Source: Euglena gracilis (Eukaryota). Taken from it: a stretch of 64,000 bases of DNA. The stretch lies in assembly GCA_039621445.1 (NCBI GenBank), contig CP154954.1, positions 15,147,805 to 15,211,804 on the forward strand. The letters are read 5' to 3'. Below, one piece after another: positions 56,799-64,000 of this stretch (positions are counted from its first letter, which is position 1; the number at the start of each line of letters is the position of its first letter). Position numbers and translations under genes: made by a program. The notes beneath the pieces were generated by a model. It was not told the origin of the DNA and did not search any database. It worked only from the letters and a program-made list of their open reading frames with translations.

Positions 56799-59227
56799 CC
56801 CCTCTCCCCTCTCCACTCTCGCGGGCGTGCGACACGCAGCGCACAGGGCCGACGGCCTCTTTTTTTTCTTTCCCTTTTTCTTTTCGGCCGTTTGATGCCA
56901 TAAGGCTGCCAGACAGCACCACATTTCTGGCCTAAGCCGACCCCCCACTCCTCTCTACTTTCCCCCCGGGGCAAATGCTGTCCCCGGCAGTTGGTTTTGT
57001 AGAATAGGATTTTTCTTTTGCGTGGTCAGGTTTGACTGGCCAGAGGCCCGCTCCTTCCACACCCTCCCCACGGGTTTTCCTGTAATTCCCATGGACCCAA
57101 CCCCAAGTACCTTTGGCACACCCAAACTGGGTGGATGGGTTTGCTTGGCATGTAAACCTGCCAGCCCCATTTTCCCCAGTGGGCTATAATATTCTATACA
57201 CCCATAAGCCACCGCAAAGTAGGTGAAACCATTTTCCGCGTTTTGGGCTTTTTGGGTCCCCCTCTTTCCGCCCCCCCCATTTTGACCCTGTGCGACGGAA
57301 AGGGCCCCTGTGTATGCGCTAGGGTGAACCTCCCACAGACCAGGTCTGTGTCCGAAATCCCTATGGCCAGAATGCCTGGTCCAAAAGGGAAATCGGGCAT
57401 AGCCCTGGAAGGGGGATGTGTACCAGGCGTATGCTTCTGTCCACTTCCGTTAAGGAAGATAGGATGGAAGCAGATCCTATTATGATTTCCTAATGGGTGC
57501 CCCTTCTCTCTCCATAGGTGGTTTTCTTATTCTTTTATATTCTTGTTCCTTCCTTTCCTCCGGACCGGACTTGTATACCCAGTCCGTCCTCCCTGCATTG
57601 CTCTGTGCTTTGCTTCTTGGGAAGTGGGAAAAGGGTTTTTTCTGTTGCTCTGATTTTCAGTTCCCAAGTAGGTGCGCCAAGGCGAAAGCGAAGGCTTTTT
57701 GAGAATTGGGAAAGGGGAATCGGGAATCAGACGTACACTCAAACACAAGGGGCCAAACTTCACAAACAGAAAGCCAAACACAGAACTCTAGAATTCTGGA
57801 AATACGGTTGTTTTTTTTCTTCGTGAAAACATGTCAGCCCCTCGGTGGCTCGGCAGGCAACTTTCGTAGTTGCACCCCGACCCACCTAGAGAGCCCCGCA
57901 AAGGGCCGTTCTAAGAATGAGTTTCTTGTGGAGGGTGTGGATAAAAACCCCATACCATATGGTGATTGTGAACAAATTACTCACACACGCGCCGCACCTG
58001 GTGGACCGTGCGGCACCGTACGTTGCGATGCTCCCCACCGTTGAACCCCGTTGCACATTCACCCACCCCCCAAATCTGTTACGTACACGGGATGCGGCGT
58101 GTCCTTTTCTGCTGCCCCCCCCCCCACCGTTACTTCCACGGGGTAAGGCGTCGCATCTTGGGCTGACCCCCCCTAGTTGTTCTAACCAACCGCATACATA
58201 ATAATTTTATTTGCAATCCAAATTGCTTCTTTTTGTACGGACACCTTATTTTTTACTTTCTTTTTTTAAACTTTCCCCAAGACTTCACTAAGCAAGGGAG
58301 TGCAAACGGGTCCTAACCCAAATATGTGCCAAAATTTGCCTTAGTGGGGCCAAAAATCATTGAAATTCGATTTTTTTGTTGTCATTTTGAATTTAGCCCG
58401 CGGAAGGGATTATGATAGTCATCTTGAAGGCCTGAACACAATTTTTTCCTGGCAGGGCCGCTTCTTTGAAGCTTTCAACACGGCCGACCACTTTTTCACA
58501 GTAGGAGTTGTCATTTTCCCTAATTCACGTAAGAAAGTCCCCACCGGAACACAACAAATCCAAAATGCATTAAAAGTGCATTAAAATGACGAACCCACTC
58601 CCAGCCCCGGCAGGAACATGGTCTTCTGACCACTGTCTTCCAGGGTCCGTGTCCATCACTTTGGGAGATTTGGTTTGGGGAAGTTTATTTTAAGGAAAGG
58701 CATGGCCTAAACAGGTCAAAGTGCGACATGTTTCGGTCCGTCGCTTAAAAAATCCAGGCAGGGTCTTATTTTTGGGAGTCTTTTTTTTGACCGACTCCCG
58801 CCCGAAAAAAGCACCTTTTTACAGGTTTTCAAAGCAGTAAAAAATTTCCTTCCGCACCCCATTTATTCATTGGTGAAGGTTTGCATTTAGCGTAATTTTT
58901 ACACTTTAAAAATTTGAAATTTTTTAAATTTCAATATTTTTTTAAATTTCAATATTTTATGTGCGAAATTGGTTTTTTTTGGGTAATTTCTCCGCAGAAA
59001 CGTTTCGTACTCCCTCGAGGAAAACCGATACGGGAGGAAGGGACACCGAGGGCGAAGAACAAAGACATCATGAGGCCACGCTTTGCTTCGGCGCTTCAGG
59101 GGGTTCTTATTTTGGGTTTTTCGCTCGATCAGCCCGGCGGCTTTTATTGGGGGGGGGCCTTATTTTTGGGGGGTATGGAGGCCATTTTCAGCCAGTGGGC
59201 TTTTCTCAGCCCTGGATACCCAACAGC

Positions 59228-59295
59228 GACATGTATCTATAATCTATATCTATTTGTGACATGTACCGACATGTATCTATGATCTATATCTATTT
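59228..59295. repeat. Short tandem duplication (gacatgtatctat.atctatatctattt, two copies)
   Basis: Seen directly. Confidence 0.8.
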
Positions 59296-60242
59296 ACTGT
59301 GTCCCTTCGGCTTGCGCCGCCCTTCCCAAAGAGTAAAACCCACAGAGAAGCAATACAGGGCAACCGGGCGAGAGCAGACTAAACAGACGCACGGACCTAA
59401 CCTGACTTCTTAGACGGCCTATCGCAACGTTTCCTCGCTGTCTCATACCCTGACCGATTCAGGATGAAGCACTGTACGATGGTGCTCTGCAGGACGTTCC
59501 TCAAAAATGAAAATAAGAAACCCAGCTGTGACACGCTGTTGGGGCACATTTCCGCAAAATTTGGCGCCATTCTGAAAACCAGAAAAGCTGACGCAGATAT
59601 TCCCCTCTGGCGCACTTTCTGAGTATAAACCTGCAAAAAGAGCCGGAAAGCCAAATAAAACGCAACTCAACGCCAGCCGCAAACACAAAGTTGCCTGCGC
59701 TGGTGTTGGCAAGGGGGTGTCCGGTGCCAGTGGTGCTGCGCATATGGTGCTGCTGGCGACGGTCAAGAACGTTGCCCGAACGCGACCTGGTTGCGCAGAC
59801 AACAGGTGGGGCACTCAAATGAAGCATGAGACACGTCTCAGACCATGACGACCACAATGGCCAAAAGCCTCCTCTGCCCCCATCATGTGAAACAGAACGT
59901 TCTTGAAAGGGCGTGCTGACCTGTTTCTTTCACAGGCAAAATCTTGACCACTTTGCCGAGGGACTCGCATGCCCCACTTCAGCATTCTATACGAAGGTGG
60001 ATTTAAGTGGTAATGTTGAGCGGACCGCAGGCGGGTCGGAGTTACTGCGGATGCTCCTTGGCCACATTTCTGTGCACCTTTCAGGTCAGGGTCAATTGGA
60101 CTGCTTTGACATTACTTCAAGCGCACGTCGATGACAAGCTTGTCCAAAGGCAACTTGCGTCTAATGGCAGTATATTCAGACCTGTTGATGTCGAGCGTGG
60201 ATGCCCATTTAATATCTTCAGCCTTCTGGGTGGCAACTGGGT

Positions 60243-60422
60243 ATGATGGCCATCATGGGTCATAATGGCCACCATCATTGGTCATGATGGCCATCATGAG
60301 TCATGATGGGCATCATTGGTCATGATGGCCATCATGGGTCATGATGGGCATCACGGGGCATGATGGGCATCATTGGTCATGATGCGCATCATGGCCATCA
60401 CGGGTCATGATGGCCATGATGG
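60243..60422. repeat. Second 9-bp-period palindromic minisatellite, same family as 33003-33320
   Basis: atgatggccatcatgggtc-type units. Confidence 0.92.
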
Positions 60423-60530
60423 TCGAAAAACGCCCATTTTCGGCTCGAAAACCCCTTTTCCGGGCCCGGGAGGCCAAGAAGCATGGTTTTGGGTAAAAAA
60501 AAAAGTTTTCAATATTTTTCGCCTTTTTTG

Positions 60531-60937
60531 GCCGAAAACGGCTGAGTCCACCAGTGGGAAAAGTGTACAAAATGGCCAAAATCGACCGAAAAACGGCCGT
60601 ATCCCGGGCTACGAACAATTACGGGGAAATCAAAATACTGGTAGATGGAGTGTTCCAAGGGCTTCAAACTAGGTCTCCCGACATTTCCTTAGGTTTTGCT
60701 TCATTTTGGAGAAATTTTGAAAATATTGACTTTTAGCCGAAAACGGCCAAGTTGGACAGTGGAAAAAGTGTACAAAATGGCCCGTTGGCCGAAAACGGGC
60801 ATATCTCGGGCCAGGCGGGGAGTTGCGGGAAAATCAGATGGGACGTTCCAAGGCTTCAAATTCGGTCTCCGGACATATCCTTTGATTTTGCTTCATTTTG
60901 GAGATATTTTCAAAATTGACATTTTTTTGGCCGAAAT
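60531..60937. repeat. Diverged direct repeat, two copies of about 200 bp
   Basis: gccgaaaacggc...aaaagtgtacaaaatggcc...gttccaagg...ttttgcttcattttggaga repeated at 60531 and 60737. Confidence 0.85.
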
Positions 60938-61644
60938 GGCAGATTCCAAAGGGGGGGGGGCTTATCCAGGGGGGGGCGGGCCAATCCTACCAAGTTTGGA
61001 CCCCTTCGCGCGTGAATAACTCGGGCCTGGCGGGGAGTTGGGGGTCAAACCTGGGTGATTCGGAAACTAGGAATCCAGTCGCTCGCAACTGAAAAAAAAA
61101 TCTCGGAAACGGGGCCGGGATCATGGTGATAATCCGCTGGTTCCCGAGGTGGCCCCGAGGGGGGGGGAGGGGGGGAGGGGGGGTTCCCCAGGGGTAAGCT
61201 TCGCTCTTACCATAAAGGGATAAGAGCTCAGCGACCCCCCTATCCTACCCCCTCACCCGGGTTCCACGACTAAAAGAACCCCTGGTACATGACCCAATAA
61301 CTCCTGCGCAACAAGACAGCACATGACAAATCGGTCGGTACAAATGCAAGATGCACCTTCTCCAATGACAAGGGAGGTCGTGTGACAAAGAAAACAAAGC
61401 TTTGGGCGGCGATGTTTCCTGGCGCATGGAACCTTAGTTTGCCTTCTGGGCAGAATTGGACAAAATCTTAGACGGGAGCTGCAAGCCAGATTCTTAATCC
61501 TGAATCCTGGTGGGTTTTTACGACAGTGTGTTCTTTGTGGTCCTCCTTTTCTGGATCGATTGATAAACCAAGGACGTATGATAAACACGGGAAACGCCTC
61601 ATTCTTAGACGGCCGAAATCACACTTAAGGGTTTTTTCTTTGAA

Positions 61645-63508
61645 ATGGGCGCATTTGCGCAAATGTGCAAATTTTACGAATTTTCTGGGACCCTGTACCC
61701 TGACACAGAGAGAACAGATTATGAACTGTGACACTCCTCTATTGAACGGGATTAACCCCAGTAGTTTGGTGTGCAGGCTGCATACCACGTGACCTGGATA
61801 GGGCTGAGGGAGGGAGTGGTCCTCTTGTACATCAAACAGGAGAGAGGCACACACCCTGTGATACGACACTTGGAAATGCTGCTGACGTGCTGGTTGAACT
61901 GACTGGGATGCTACCGCCACCGGTGAGAACACAAGGAGCCTCATTAGATCATACGCTGCAGACTACGTCAGCCAGCCATCACGCAACTGATTTGTGTTTA
62001 TGGGCGCAATTTCGCAAAAAAAACAATTCTTTTTGTGGGCGCACTTGCGCAAATAAAACGTACACCGATGATGTTAAAATGATATGTTTGTGGGCGCAAA
62101 TGCGCCTATAAACAGTTTTTTTGGTGCGCGCATTTGTGCAAATGAGCGCACCAACAGGTTAATGTTTATTTGCGCAAATGCGCCCACCAACATGTATTTT
62201 TACTTTCCATGTTAAAACACACCAATGAGGACCACGACCACACCAGGTTTTAAAACGTGATGGGGGTGTTGGTGTGCGCAATTGCGCAAATAAACACACT
62301 TACGTTTGTGCGCGCATTTGCACAAATGCGCGCGCAAACATTTAATACACCGCTTCAAAATGATGTGTTTGTAGGAGCCTTAGAGCACACAAACAAAGTT
62401 GCTTTTATTTGCGCAAATGCTCGCATTAACACACATCAGTTGTGCTATACCATCTCCTCCTTCGTGACAGCTGACGAACGCAATTCCTCACGTCAACCAT
62501 TGATTTGCACCACGATTATGTGGAGACGAAATTTGTGGTGAGAGGAAGTGTGGAGTGTTCACTGGAACACGGCATAAGACTAGCCACAATTTGCCTGCCT
62601 TACGTGTGTACATTTGTACTGTTGTTACCCGGCCTGAACGGCCTGTTGTTTTGGCGTCATCCGTTTCGCAGTTAAACGTCATGAATTGATGACGTGCAAA
62701 CGACCTGTGACTGCTGGACACCTTTTCTGCAACAGGACTGTGTTACAAGAAGACAATATTTCGCACCTGAAATGCCAGGATGTGTCCGGCCGTAGTCCGT
62801 TTTCTAGTTTTTCTCCATCATTTTTCCCTTGAAATATGTAAAAAAAACACCAATTTTTGTGCATAATTTGGGGATAGCCATGCACTGGCACCACGTTGTC
62901 CCCCCAGTCTCACACCCCGGTTGCGGGGAATAAAGTGGCCGCTAAAGCTGGGTGTCGTTGCACTGGGAAGGTCGATGCCGGCCTGCTGGGTGCTGAAGCA
63001 TCAGCAGCTGATGTGGCTGCAACAGCGGAGCCGAGGCTGCAGGCCAGCGGCAGGGCCGTTGGGACCCAAAAATTGGTGCTGGTGGACGTGCACTGTTACT
63101 GGGTGGCTGTGAACCCACCTTCAAGAGATGCTATGGCTCCATATTTTGTGGGACCTGTCAACGGTCCAAAAACGGCACAATAACACCATATGCCGGAGGA
63201 GACGGTGTGGTCATTTGGGTTGAACCAATTCAAAAGCCACTAAGGGTGGCTGTAGGAGGGCCAAATGAAATTTTACTTCTCCATTGTTTGTTTTTTTGCG
63301 CATTTGCGCGCATCACGTTGTTTTGTGGGCGCAAATGCACAAAAAAACATAATAAATTATACAGTTCCTTCATGTGGTTTATTTGCACATTTGCGCCCAC
63401 AAACAACGTGATGCGCGCAAATGCGCAAATAAACCACATCTGCTCTCGGCGTTTGACGGTTGTGTTTCCGTCACACAGTTCTTCTTTGTATTTATTTGCG
63501 CAAATGCG
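61645..63508. repeat. Clusters of the palindromic motif ATTTGCGCAAAT / GCGCATTTGCGC
   Basis: Many copies at about 61650, 62000-62190, 62275-62425 and 63295-63508. Confidence 0.85.
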
Positions 63509-64000
63509 TGTCGGCCGCCGGCTTTTGCCGGCAGCCAAAAATTGCCCGAAAGCGCAAATTTCAAAGTCGCTGGTAACAGCCAATCAGTTAAAAAAAACCC
63601 GCGATAGAAATTGGAAGCGGGTCAAATTCGTTTGCATCTTCAAATTCTGTTTTTTTGCAGAGCTTGAGGGGTTTTCCCCATTATTTGGCAAAGAAGGGAT
63701 ACCATTGTATTGAATTTGGCATTTACATTCTTGGTGAGAATTCGAAGTGTGGATCACATTGGCGGTGGACTTTGAATTGCAATTCATATTGGCTATTGAA
63801 GTCAATTTGGAATTGAAATCAAGAAGGTGACCCTACAACACCGCCACCCTCACCGCCGCTCCTATTCCCTATACCCCTCTTCCTTGCCCCAGGTTTGCAC
63901 ATTTTCACACATTCACATTTCACAGTTCGTTTTCAATTCTTCACATTCAGCTACTTTCAGTTTTTCACTCTCAAAGATTTAAGTTTCAGTGGGTTGGGTT
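63509..64000 (+). mobile_element. Start of an LTR related to the family C LTR (family F), running off the window
   Basis: TGTCGGCCGCCGGC start inside the GCGC repeat; collinear similarity to 22146-22615; no PPT before it, so a 5' or solo LTR. Confidence 0.75.

Noticed and set aside
56761-56820. 26-bp TGTGCA..TGCACA mini-LTR with minus-strand PPT and TGG
   Set aside because: Single occurrence, too short, no tRNA match recognised and no minus-strand pol next to it
56800-61600. Short ORFs (60-125 aa) as host genes
   Set aside because: No recognisable motifs, homopolymer-rich and repeat-derived; spliced exons cannot be excluded

Overview
This window looks like eukaryotic (probably protist) repeat-rich DNA; the host cannot be named from the sequence, and no host gene, rRNA/tRNA gene or CRISPR array is supported. 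About 57 kb is a nest of Ty3/Gypsy (chromovirus-like) LTR retrotransposons from several families, labelled here A-F. The main observation is that their pol regions carry DNA methyltransferase domains in three layouts. Family B (two copies, minus strand) has Gag | N6-adenine-type MTase (NPPF) | C5-cytosine MTase-PR-RT. Family C has Gag | C5-MTase-N6-MTase (NPPW)-PR-(RT core deleted)-RH-INT-chromodomain. Family E has Gag | PR-N6-MTase-like (HPPP)-RT-RH-INT. Family A, possibly the 3' half of E, has INT-chromodomain followed by about 5.5 kb of unknown overlapping accessory ORFs, one with an 8-Cys ADD/PHD-like finger, and is amplified head-to-tail. The visible cis signals are TG..CA LTRs of about 0.7 kb, an initiator-Met-type PBS (TGGTAGCAGAGG) that is translated inside gag, a PPT, TAG-plus-stem-loop gag/pol readthrough candidates, and conserved-loop hairpin arrays. 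Bases 1-11821 nearly duplicate 42814-54740 and end at an N gap. The last 7 kb is mostly degenerate repeats. All domain calls come from motifs read by eye; no database search was run.
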